A stretch of DNA of 61,067 bases from Schmidtea nova (lineage: Eukaryota), in the NCBI GenBank assembly GCA_044892505.1, contig CM097884.1, forward strand, positions 61,256,001 to 61,317,067. The letters run 5' to 3'. Shown piece after piece: positions 24,619 through 38,077 of this stretch. The notes below the pieces were generated by a model, which had not been told where the DNA came from, ran no database searches, and saw only the letters and a program-made list of their open reading frames with translations. Position numbers and translations under genes: made by a program. Within the stretch, counting starts at the first letter, position 1. Every line of letters starts with the position of its first letter.

Positions 24619-26848
24619 CGATTTTATGGATGTTTAAAAGGTTTTATGGGTTTTTAAGAAATTTTATGTATTTTTATTAATTTTATTTTTTTTTAAAGAA
24701 ATTTATTGATTTTTAAGAAAATCTTATCTGGCCTAAATTAAATTAATAATATTCTTATTAAATGAACAGAATGCATAGGTGTCACATAAAAGTAGTATAA
24801 ATAGACGCTGAAAAATAATAATTTAATTATTACTTTTGCGGACAGACGATTGTTAATTTTATATTCACTTTATCAGCCAGCATCAACAATATTCATTTTG
24901 TTCATTCTTGTGAAACGATTTGTGGTCAGGAACAAGTATATATTTTTTAATGTTTTTTATGTTTAATGCTTGATATATTTTAATATTGTAGCTATTAAGT
25001 TTGTAATTAGAAATAAATATTTGAAACAATAATTATTGTTTTGTCGATAATACTTTGACTCAATTTGATTTCCCTGATTAAACTGAAGTAGAAAAGGCTT
25101 TGTTGGCTCGCCGACCACGAGTTCCCGATCGTGTGGAGGATCTTGAATCGAACAGTCAGGTCGAGTTCTCTGACCATTGCTTATTAAATTATATAGATCT
25201 GCTAGAGTAAAAGGGAATTAGTGGGTGTAGTTCAAAGGTGAACCAAGAGGAATGAACGGAGTATTTTACAGATATTTTGGGAAAGAAATAAGTGTAGATG
25301 TTAAATATCATAAATCGAGGTTATAGAAAATTAAAATTTTATGAATTAAGAGGACGCTTTAAGAAAAACAGTAATTATGAGTATAAACTTCTATCGGCAG
25401 CAGGAATTCGTAAAAGAGAATACGATGAGGAGTAATTTTAGCAAAGAAACTCACTTGCTCATTGAATTCTCGCACTACTGTGTACATTACCAACACAGAT
25501 TACCAAGGAGTAACTATAGATACATGAAGTGAGGGAGTTTTAACATTTGGTGTGTGGGTTAACGTAATTTCTAGTAACAACAATTTTAAACAACCCATAC
25601 ACCAACGTTGTTTGGCAATGTTGTATGACTGTTAATTGGAGTAATTGATGGTTAAGTTTGCCAATAACCCAGAACTTTTGAACCCACCTGAGTTTAAGTT
25701 TAGCCGTCTTGGCATCACATAATACCTTTTGTTATGCTCTAAAGTAATAGATACAGTACCAAGGTTACTTTATAACGGCTATCATCTGGGAAAAATAAAT
25801 TATGCGGTTTGTGATAGACACAGTTGCAACATCATAAAATTAGTAACTTAACAGAACTAAGCACTATCTGTTTTGGTTTGTTTTATGCCGTTTTCGTTTG
25901 TCATTTGAAAATAATAACTTAAATAATTTTTAACCAGTACCTTTGTTGAGCTGACCAATACGGCTAAAACGATTAGAAAATCAGAAAATAAATTAAGAAA
26001 ATATAAACAATAATAAAATAACCAGAACCAAATAAAGAGAAAAACCTAAAATAAATAAAATTAACGTAAACGAAATAATCGAGAATCAGAGGAGACCAGA
26101 GAAACCTAAAATAAAAATCATATAAATTATGATTAAAAGATAACAATAAAAGTTGATTAATTACCTGAACTTAAACCTAGCCAATGAAAATTCCAAAATT
26201 AAAAATCACAAAAAAATAACTTACCACATAAAAGACGACAGGTCAAATCTGATCAAAACGATATGAATGCTGGTAGTAAACCAGGATAAAGCAAAATATT
26301 TTACTTCGACAACAGATCTATTTAAAACCTACTTACTATTTGTGCGATATACTTCAAATGTATTGATCATTGTGAATTTCAATATAGAAAAAAAAGGTAA
26401 TTCACATTTATTTGTTTTAATCATTTGTTATCTCGAGTAAACTTTCAAATGACTTTTCTGATAATTTTAAAATCATATAAGGAAACAGACTTTGTGGGTA
26501 TCTATGAGGTCGCGATCCTCTGGGATGGTGCAGGTGCGGTGAGTTTGCGGTAAATAAGATGGGGAGGGGGTTGCACATTGAATATCGACTATTATTAATA
26601 TTCGTAAACATTTATCAATAGTAATATAGATAAGGGAGGAGAATGCGGGATAGAAGCCACACCTAACAACCTTCCTTCATGAAGTAAAACTCCCATTGAA
26701 TTGAAAGTAAATTCACAACATAGTACAATTTTGTAAATTGAGTAGTTTTGGTAGAGAAGCTCACCTTCTCACTAGATTCTCGCCACCGTGTACAGTACAA
26801 ACATAGTTAGTCAGGGAATAATTATGAGTACACGAGTGAAGTAGTTTA

Positions 26849-27892
26849 CACCAAAGCGCATAAATTAAGGGCCAGACAGGCAAAATTTAAAGTATCTATA
26901 ATAACAACAAATAATTTTATATATAGAAAAAATATACATACCTACTGCAGATTAGGACAAAGAAAAAAAGCACGGTCATAAATTACGGGCCTATATTATA
27001 GAAAATAAGAAAAATAAATTAGGTCAAAAAACACACTTACACAACACACAAAAAACCTATAAAGAAAAATACAAACACATGGACATAATTTAAGTGACAG
27101 TCTTTAATTAAGGCATTAAAATTTTAAAAAATCATGATTTATGATGATATTTCAGAAACATTTTTAGAATCAACTGTACCATTTATTGGAGAGGATCAAG
27201 AAATGTAAACTTACAATTATATTAAAAAATTTTTAAAAAATATTTTTAGAAATGCAGAAAATGAAGCTATAATGCCTCAAACAGCCGAAACTGTAGAAAG
27301 AAAACATCGAAAAACGTAAAACAAATTTTAATTTTTAATTTTTAACTTAAAATTTTATAGATAATCTGAACATGACAAAAAATTATTAAAAGAAGTAATG
27401 AAACGGCGTGAAAATTATGAAGAATTCGGCAGGTAAATAGGTTTTGAACCTAAGATTATTAAAGACATAGAGTCGAGGTAAAAAAACTGGCATTCTTACA
27501 GCAGGGAAAAGAGGCAAATAAAATGTTTGCCTAATTATTGAAGAAAATGGAATACAATGAATTGATTATGGACCAAAATTATTGGATTACTTTGGAAGAA
27601 ATTAAAAACTTCTTGAATACAATTAGCTACCATGTATACACAAAAACAATATCCAAATGTTTAAAAAATAAGCTGGTAAAATTATAAAGACTTACTTTTT
27701 CCTGTATTTCATAAATATCTAAAAAATATCTAGATAAAATAAATTGGTATTTAACTTAAAATATTAAATAAATTTAAAATATGTTAAAATAGCTTAAATA
27801 CATAGCTAAAAAATTAAATTAAATAAGAAGATAATAAATACCAACTGCCTGTATTAAGTGTCTTTATGGCCCTTAATTGCAGACTGTTGGTG
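26849..27892 (+). mobile_element. Tc1/IS630-like deletion derivative (1044 bp) with an intron-containing transposase N-terminal relic
   Basis: TA|CACCAA....AATTAAGGGCCA inverted at TGGCCCTTAATT....TTGGTG|TA; 45-bp GT-AG introns at 27205-27249 and 27316-27360; HTH-like ITLEEIKNFLNTISYHVYTKTISKCLKNK; no DDE domain. Confidence 0.65.
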
Positions 27893-28300
27893 TAACATTA
27901 CGGAAGGGCTATGGGTTATAGTCATCCCCAGTAACCAATAATATCTTTCTTAACAACAGCCCATAGCATCAACAAATTACAAATATTTATATATTCCCAT
28001 TTATTCAATTTCACATATTTTTCGGATTGTAAATAGTGTATCTAATTTATTATCAAAATAAAATCAATTAGTTTTTTCAAATTTGCTAAAAATAAAATTT
28101 CGATATTTTCAATGTATTATCTATTATAAATAAAATTTTAGTGAACATATAATAAAAACTATAGTCTAAATATAATTATTTAAATTAAAGCATTTAAAAA
28201 CAAATTTCAAAATAATTGTCACTTTTTACTTGCTTGTTTTAATGATTCTTATAAACACTTGAACTCAAAGTTTTTATCAAATTAGTTTAAATTTGAAATT

Positions 28301-28314
28301 ATGAACTTTCTTTT
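28301..28314 (+). CDS. MOB1: MOB1 exon 1 (MNFLF, split codon)
   Basis: ATGAACTTTCTTTT|GTAAGT; 48-bp intron follows. Confidence 0.85.
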
Positions 28315-31300
28315 GTAAGTTTAATGTAAGTTATCGAAAACATTATTATTTTCTATTTTTAGCGGTGGAAAAAATAACAGTAAAACATTTAAGCCCCGTA
28401 AAAATATTCCTGACAACACAAATCAACAGGATTTATTGGAAAAGGCTTCTATAACATTGGGCAGTGGTAATTTGAGACTGGCAGTTAAATTACCTGAAGG
28501 AGAAGATTTAAACGAATGGATTGCAGTTAACAGTAAGCTTTGGCAATTGCTTTTTTTGAATGTTTTAATTCTAAACATTATTCATTTTTTTAAATTTATT
28601 ATTTATGTAATTCCAACAATATTTTGATGATAGTTAATTAATATTAAAATAATATTGCCGAAAGAAACATGATATTTAAATTTATTTTATTTTTTATTTT
28701 TAATTATTTTGCTTTCAAAATTATTAATAAATTCAAAATTATTTGCTTATAAATTTCTCGAAATTTTTGTATGTATTTCATGCTTGTAGCAATTCTAATT
28801 TCAGTGCAGATTATTCTTTTTTTGTTAATCTTATCTCAATTCAACTTTGATCTATTTTTATTTACTATCCGCCGAAACAATTTTTTATGTATTACTTCCA
28901 AATTTATTTTAATTTATAATTCTTATTTTATTTTTTAACAATTATTTTAGAACAAAAAATGAAAATATTAATGTTAAATGGAAGTTTGATTATAGATTAT
29001 ATAAAATTTCAAATGAAAATCAATTTCACAAAACAGTAAAAGTTATCACATTAATATAAATCGAAACTCCCATTAGTATAGAATGTATCACATATGAAAT
29101 TCCAACTATATTTTGATGATAGTTAAATAAATCAGAAATATTTTATGAATACTGAGAATTATAATTTTTCGAGTTTTTTCATTTAGAAAAAATATTTATA
29201 CAAAGCCAAAGCAAATATTTTGTCACTTATTTGGTGTTTAAGATACTCATAAGTTTCATAATTTTAATCTGGATTATTTCAAAGAAATACATAGCTACTA
29301 TTTCATAGTTGTCTATCGACCGATTTTTAGACTATTTGCAAATTGAAACAGCTTTATTCATCTCATTATGGTTAGACAGCACTAAAAAGTATAATTATAT
29401 CAATAAAATGTAAAACTATGCGCTGTAAATAATATCTTTGATATTTTAGCTATTTTTCAGCATTTGGGTCTCATATTTTCAAAAGATTAAAAAAAGTGCT
29501 CCTTTGCTAAAAACGTTTGAAAACCGCTGCTATACATAATGTTTTTATAAAAATCATTGCCTATTAACATGTTCATGATGGGACGATTGAATTGTAGTTT
29601 CTTTACTCTAATTTGTCACCGAATTGGATTTTTTCTACTTTCTTTACCCTTTTTAAAAGAACTTGATTATATCTTTATTTAATGCCAAATATCAACATGA
29701 TATTGATAAAATATAAGAAAGCAATGTATTTATGTGAATATAAATTTTTACGGTTATTATTTCATTAAAAAATTATTCTTGAAGTTTTAAAAGTTTTTTT
29801 TTCGTTAGAAATTTTTATAAAAAATAATCAGTTAAAATTTTTTTCAACTTATTTTTCTCAAAAAAAGCCTTTTTGGAAAGAGTTATTTAAATTGTTTTTT
29901 TCGATTTTATAATAAAATAAATTTCAAATTTCAACAGCCTCATTCATTTATTTGAGGCTTGACTATTAATCGGACTATGATTTCGCCAGCGTAAGTGTTA
30001 TACATTTTATGACTTCTAGTCAAGTATATACGATGATAAAAATTCGTCTATAATAAATTTTTCGGTATTACTATGAAATTAGTTTTTAATTGAGAACAAA
30101 TCGAGTTGCCAATGAAATTTAAATATTTAAACCAATAAAAATACGAAATTGCCAAATAATCGAAATATATTACAAGGACATAGTCCTCATCATCAGTCTG
30201 CCATCATAATTTTTATCAAATGTTATATACGGAAACAGTAATGACGTAATGGCTATGCTTTAATGATTTAATTTAACAGCTTTTGTGATTTTAAATATGA
30301 TAAAAATATGATTAAGGGTTTGATTTTTAGATCATTATCTTCTTTAGATCATCATTATCTTTTGGTCATTATCTTCTACTTTTGAAAAGTCTAACAAAAG
30401 TATACATAAACTTGCTTCTCTTCTGAATAAAAATGGATATCCAAAGGGTTTTGTAGAAAGACTGAGTAAGGAAACCATTGATTGGCTTTTGATCAAGCCT
30501 GATGAAAGTATTGAAAATGGTAGTCCATCTAATGATAGTGAACATATAAAAACGCACGTTTTAGTAATTCCATATTCGGAAGGTTTTAAAAACATTAAGT
30601 GTTCTGTAATGAAATCCTTAGGAAATTCAAACAAATTTAACAGTGTCAAAGTCTTTAAAATCAGTAAAAATGTTCAGTAATAAATCTCAAACCCCAATAG
30701 GTTTAGTGTCTGATCTAGTGTATAAGTTTTCATCTAATGGGTGCAATGCCACATACATTGGTGAGACTTCCCGTCATCTCCGCACACGGGTTCAGGAACA
30801 TAACCGATTGAAAGGTGTGAGTAATATTATTGAGCTTAAAAAATGTGTAAAGGAGAAACTGATTTAAAAAATTTAAAAATTATACTAAAAATATTAACAA
30901 TAAATGGGAAAGAATTTTATGTGAGGCGTTGGTGATTAAATCACAATCCCCTACAATTAATATTCAATCAGCAACGAATTTATTGAGATTATTTAATTAA
31001 ATCATTAAATCATAGCCATTACATCATTACTGTTTCCGTTTATAACATTTGATAAAGATTATGATGGCAGACTGATGATGAGGACTATGTCCTTGAAATA
31101 TATTTCGATTATTTCGTGTTTTTATTAATAGTAGGCCATCATTTTTTCGATATTTAGATTTAAACCACTGTATATATAAAAATGAGCAAAACTTTTGCTA
31201 CATTGGCTGTAAATTATGTTGAAAAACAAAGTCAAAAAGAATCATCATAATTCCTAGGATAAATATAAATAAACGAGTCATAAGGTGAAAGTACGATTTT

Positions 31301-34300
31301 CTAATCGGTAATTTATAAGAAAAATATTTTAGCATGGAGCAAACATTTCACTATCTAAAATAATCAGTAATTCATAAGGTAAAATTGTTAAAGTTTTAAT
31401 AAGAAACTTTTTTTTAAATATCATGTGTATGCAAAAGTCAATTATATAATATTTCCTTACTCGGCTAATAGGACAGAAATGGTCAATTTAATAAAAAGTG
31501 TACTATAAAAATAATATTTGACCATAGCAAATTCATTATATGATTCTAAAATTAATTATTTGTTTTCAAAATGCGATTTTATAAAAAGAAATCATTTAGC
31601 TTATTTTTTGATTATCTCCAACAATATCTTCTTGATTTGCTCGATTTTGTCTAATAGACTATTAACTTATAGATTAGTAATTTTATATTTTAAAAAATTT
31701 ATTGTATTCATGTTATTTATGCTTATTAGAGTTTAGTCATGTATAATGTTATTTCTAATGAAATGGAGGATATCAATTTCATATTCCCACTGCTGCTCTA
31801 GCCAAGAGATAAAAAAAATCATTAATGCCTGTAAAAGGATTTTAAAAGATGTATAAAATAGTTACCGCAATGAAAGTTTATCTTAATTTTACGTATGGTT
31901 AGCGTAAAACAAAAATCAAAACCAAAGTGGTGTAAGTCCGATTAAAATGAATTAAAATCGTGCTTCTATTGCCACCGAGACATAATAACCTACCAGTCAC
32001 TACCAATATGACAATAATCAACCACCAGAGAAAACCGATGTAATTACTTGAAATATTTATATATCGGATATTGATTTTATTATGTAATGACGCAGAGATC
32101 AATAATGAAAAAAATAAACAAAAACTAATAAACACCAGTGTCACAAGACTAGAAAATAGAACCACTTATACCCACACCTTTATGAAGCAACTGGTGATAA
32201 ACAGCTGTTTCCCTTCAAGAATCAGTTTTGAGACCTAAACTTTTCGCAGTTGATTACGAACCATTTGAACAGCAGAATGTGCGTTTTATAATAATTATTT
32301 TACCATGGGTGTCTGTATTACCGTCAATGGGACAGATTTGTCCCGTTTGTAGTCTAATAATTAATATAAATCTGACTTATTAATATTTTTACTGATTCTT
32401 TTTTGCATGTCATTGCCGAGATCAAAACTTTAATATTTATATTTGTATTTTAAAATATTCGATGCGTTGGTTCTTCAGTATATTAACTTTTTCTAAAACC
32501 ACATTCTTTGAAATGGATTTCATTCTTACAAATATTATTTAACTTTCGCTGTGATTCACATAATTTTGCTAGCATTCTTCGATGTGATGCAGTTAAGCTT
32601 AACTATCAAGATTTGTCTACACATCCGTGTTTGTCAATATGTGGCACGCCTGTTGATTATACGTAGCTGTAGGCAATCTAATTTCTTTGGTAAATATAAA
32701 AGATTTCTGCTGAAAAAAATTATTAATACAGTAATTTTTCGATAAGTGTCACAAGGATCAATTTCAAATAAAATCCATAAAAATAAGGATAGCCAGTTCT
32801 TGAATTTTAATTTTTGATTCACTTTATGAGGGCAGCAAGGGAACTACTGAATGTGACACTTATCAACACTTATCCCTATGAAACAGGCTCGAGCAGTATG
32901 CCAACCGCTGCAAAGATGATCGGAATTTATACGTACACTGTTGTGTATCATATGTAAGGAAATCAAACGCCAATTGATAAGTCATTACAGATAAATAATC
33001 GAATTCCATGGTTAGCCTTTCAAGGATTTCAGTAGTTTTTTCTATTGACAAATAGTGACAAATTTGGATGGACCATTCTTGTTTCATGAGTGAAAATACA
33101 TTTCAATGCCAAACTGATTTGAATAGATACATCCAACACAAACCAAATTTCGGCTTTCGTTTCATCAGATGACGGAATTAAAACTTGATTATCATGTAAA
33201 TAAGCATATAGATTGCAGTCAACACTTTCAAGAACAATCATCATTTTTCTTTCAAATGTTTCATTAATAAATATTTTTCTTGTATTTGAAATCGAGCATT
33301 TCGCCTATCAAACTTTTTATGTTCAATGCTCAAGCATTGTGCCATTTGCATTTCTACTTTTCATACAACTTTTCAAACACTGAAGGCAATAAAACCATTT
33401 ATTACGGCAAACAACCCACATTAAATAAAAAATAATCCCACAAAACAATTTATTTTTCATTCAATAATAATGAAGCATAATTTCCATAACAATGCAGAAA
33501 CTATAATAATTCATCATCATTACATGCATAAAGCACTGTACATATAGACTCACAACCTGAGCCACGATTATCCACAGTTCTTGAATTTTAACTGTTGATT
33601 CATGTTTTGAGGGCAGCAAGACAACTGCTGAGCGTGACACTTATCCAAAATTTACTGTATATTGACAATTCGCTGCTTATTTTGTCTCAATCAAGAGGCA
33701 TATGCAACTTGAAAATGTTTAGAATATCGCTAAATTCACCTGTTGTAGCCACGATATGTTTTTGAAATTTATGTATTTCTAGTCTTTTTCATTTAATATG
33801 TTATTTGATTGTTTCATATCAATTATAATTTGACCATAACTGACTCGCTTGTTTTGTCCGGAGCTTGTTAATTATTCTTTATAATTAGTAAATGTTTACG
33901 CAAATATAAATTATTCGTCAGATTATTTTATTCGTTGAAAGTAGAGCAATTCCTTTTTTTCAAAATAAATCAAGATCAAACAGCGTTCCTATCAATTCCG
34001 TCTGATTTAGATAACAAATGTAAGAAGGACAATATTTACACAGTTGTCAACATTTAAGTTAAGAAATTTGAATGTTAATTCACTTGCAGCAAATCAAAAT
34101 TAAACAAAAAATTTATTTAATAATTAGATTTTAATATTCTTATTACATTTTGCGCGATATCTGGTTGGCTATTGTGCCGTTACATTTAAATTCACATACA
34201 AAATCTTAATTTTAACCACTTCATGAAATGAAATTAATTTTCATTAGCTTTCCAATTCATATTGAATTTATACTTATTATTCGCGAATAAATTATAATTT

Positions 34301-36832
34301 TTCACTTTCTTCCATTAACTAAAGCAATGGCGGTTTGTGCCATTACTACTTTCCCATTTGTATATAAAAGAAAAAATATATTTAAGCTCTCATTTGATCC
34401 TCTTAAATTATTATCCATTGTCACATCAAGTGTTTTCCTTTCATTTATCAATCCAATCCATTTATATCATCCTTGAGTTGATTTATTAACTTTATTTACA
34501 ACTGTAATTCTACTTCTAATGTGAATTTGATCATGTTTCACTTGAAACAATGTGAAATTCAATTGTCATAAATATTTTTTTATTAGTAATCAAAGGGAGA
34601 AATTTTAGCGGACTTAAATAATTTGTCCTTCGAAATTAAATGAATTATTGTCAATACAATTAAAAATAAAAATATCTAACATAAGAGTAGGCAGTTATGT
34701 GGAGCATGAGTCATCGCCGAACAAAGGAAATGACGTCTATCTATTTCAATGTATTTTTATGTTATCAAACAAAAATATGATAATCTTTTATATATTTTCT
34801 TTGTGAATCTTTGATATTTTATGATCATGTTTCATATATTTTGTGAGTATTTCTAATGTTTAGACACTATAATGTGATAATATTTCGTGTATGTTTGTAT
34901 TTTTCTTTGTAGTTTACATAAAAGTATAATAATATTTCATATATATGATAAGCTTTTGTTCAATATGATAATATTCTGTGTATAATCATTATTATTATTA
35001 TTGTATGTATTTCTAAAGTGTGAAAAATTTCCTATAATTTTGTGTGTATTTTGTGATGATATTTCATGTATCTTTTCTATTTTCTATGTAATTTGCACAA
35101 TAATAATAATATTTCATGCATGTGATAATCTGTAATGATATTTCTTATATGTGATATTTTGTATGTGTGATGACTCTATATATCTTTGTTAGTTTCTGTA
35201 TTTTGTGGATATTTCAAGTATTTCTATGTTACCAAACTATAGTAAGATGAAATTTTATGTATGTTTGTATTTCTGATATTTTGTATGTATATTTATTCAC
35301 TATAGTATGGTGATATTTTGTACATATGTGATAAATTTCTATGTATTTTGTATGTATTTTTGATAATATTTCATATATATGATGTTTTTGTATGTGACGA
35401 ATTTCTATGTACTTTTCATATTTTGTGTGTAATTTTGGTGATTTTTATGTAATTTCAGTATGATGATATTTTGTATGTAATTTGCACAATAGGATAATGT
35501 TATTTCATGTATGTAATGATACTTTGTGATAATATTTCAAGTATGTAATGTATATTTCATATATTTCTGATATATTTGTACTATAATTTAAGAATAATTT
35601 GTGTGATTATCTCAATAGTATGATAATTTTTCATGTATTTGTCATAGTGACAAAACATTTAGTAGCAGAACATTGCGAGCAGAACCCTAGTAGCAGAACC
35701 TATTCTGTGATGGTTTTTATGTGCAAAAGCTCATTACTTGAACATATTTCTAATAATAAATATATTGTTACCTAATTTTCAATGTCCCTTATCGTCATTT
35801 CAATGTAACAGTTTAGCAAAACTTTCAATCATTGGTTGGTCAATAAAATGGTTGGTTATTAAATTGGTTGATTTTTGCAATATAAATACAACTTGTAAAT
35901 AGTATTGATTGACGTAAATGAATAAAGAAACAAATAAAGAAGAGTTTTAAAAATATATATATTTAAATTAATTATTTTAAACTAGGTTACAGATAATTTC
36001 ATTACTTTGGACAATTGAATCCAATCATTTTTAATACTTGATGACCTTTTAACTTCGATTGAGAAATGCGATATCGACATTCTTTCAAAATTATTCAAAT
36101 CCTTCAATAATAAATTAATTATTGGTTTAACAGAATCATTCGGATATGATAAATCCATGATGAAATTATCCAGTTTTATTATGATTCTTAATGATATCGA
36201 TTCTACTGAATTCAATTTGAATACCATTTTCTGGTCATGTATGGAATTTCGACTTGGAAAATATCGTACTATTATTCGAACTTTCATGCTGAATGTGGAT
36301 ATTTTAGAGGTAAATGTAACCAATAAATTGGAAGAAACCAAACAAAGATTACTCACGTGTTCAATATGTAATATCAATAGAGTTGGCATTTTATATTTAC
36401 CTTTTGGACATGTCATTATTTGTTCAAAATGTATAAAAAATATTGATAAGTGTGAATCTTGTGGTATTAATATTGATGAATATCATGTGATATACATATA
36501 GTGTCGTACAAAATATATGTATTTTCATTTAATTTATTTTTATCATTGGCTAAAAGAATGCACTTTGTGATTAATTATTAGTCTACTTTTTTTAACATCT
36601 TGTCTTTGTTAACTTGGCTTGCAACTGCAATGTCTTTGTTAACCTGGCTTGCTAACAATACATGTCTTTGTTAAATTGTATCAACATTGCAATGTCTTTG
36701 TTAACTTGCATATGTATTGCAATGTCTTTGTTAACTTGCATATGTATTGTTAACGTGTTTTAGCATTACAATGTCTTTGTTTAAAAAAGTTTTGAACCCT
36801 TGAATGTTTTTAAAATTATTATTATTATTATA

Positions 36833-36895
<63 letters not shown>

Positions 36896-38002
36896 TATAT
36901 TTAAGTTTGNNNNNNNNNNNNNNNNNNNNNNNNNNNNNNNNNNNNNNNNNNNNNNNNNNNNNNNNNNNNNNNNNNNNNNNNNNNNNNNNNNNNNNNNNNN
37001 NNNNNNNNNNNNNNNNNNNNNNNNNNNNNNNNNNNNNNNNNNNNNNNNNNNNNNNNNNNNNNNNNNNNNNNNNNNNNNNNNNNNNNNNNNNNNNNNNNNN
37101 NNNNNNNNNNNNNNNNNNNNNNNNNNNNNNNNNNNNNNNNNNNNNNNNCGGAGTGTTACAACACATACTCACATGAATATGACCATCATACTCAACTTTA
37201 ATTACCTTTTGTTTGATACAAATATTACATAGTTTTGAACTTTGGACCCTTTGAGGGTCGACCATTTAACTTCAAGGGTATGTCCATCAAACTCATTTAT
37301 CAATTACCTTTTGTTTGATACATATATTACATAGTTTTAAAAATGTTGAACCTTGGACCCTTCAAGGGTTGACCATCATACTCAACTCTCTATTACCTTT
37401 TGTTTGATATATAACTTGTAATGTTTAAAAATCTTTGAAGGTTTTTGACCCCTTTAAGGTTGAGCACCCACCATAGACCTTCGTAGGTATGACCATTGTG
37501 TGCACATCTCAATTACCTTTTGTTTGATATATTACACACAAGGTTTGAAAAGGTTGAAGGTTTGGCACCCTTTGAAGGTTGAGCACCCACCATACACCTT
37601 CGAGGGTATGACCAACATACTTACCTCTCAAATACCTTTCGAATGATATATATATTATAAGGTTTGAAAATATTTGAAGGTTTTGCACCCTTTGAAGGTT
37701 AAGGATACACCATAGACCTTCAAGGATATGACCATTGTGTGCACATCTCAATTACCTTTTGTTTGATATATTACACACAAGGTTTGAAAAGGTTGAAGGT
37801 TTGGCACCCTTTGAAGGTTGAGCACCCACCATACACCTTCGAGGGTATGACCAACATACTTACCTCTTAAATACCTTTCAAATGATATATAACATACAAG
37901 GTTTGAAAAAGGTTGAAGGTTTTAGACCCTTTGAAGGTTAAGGACCCTCCATACACCTTCGAGGGTATGACCAACATACTTACCTCTTAAATACCTTTCG
38001 AA

Positions 38003-38077
<75 letters not shown>

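Noticed and set aside
25080-26000. Possible decayed retroviral protease or other coding relic
   Set aside because: Too many stops and no reliable motif
29480-29529. Isolated hAT-like right end (...TTTGAAAACCGCTG)
   Set aside because: No partner TIR or matching 8-bp TSD found, so no element can be delimited
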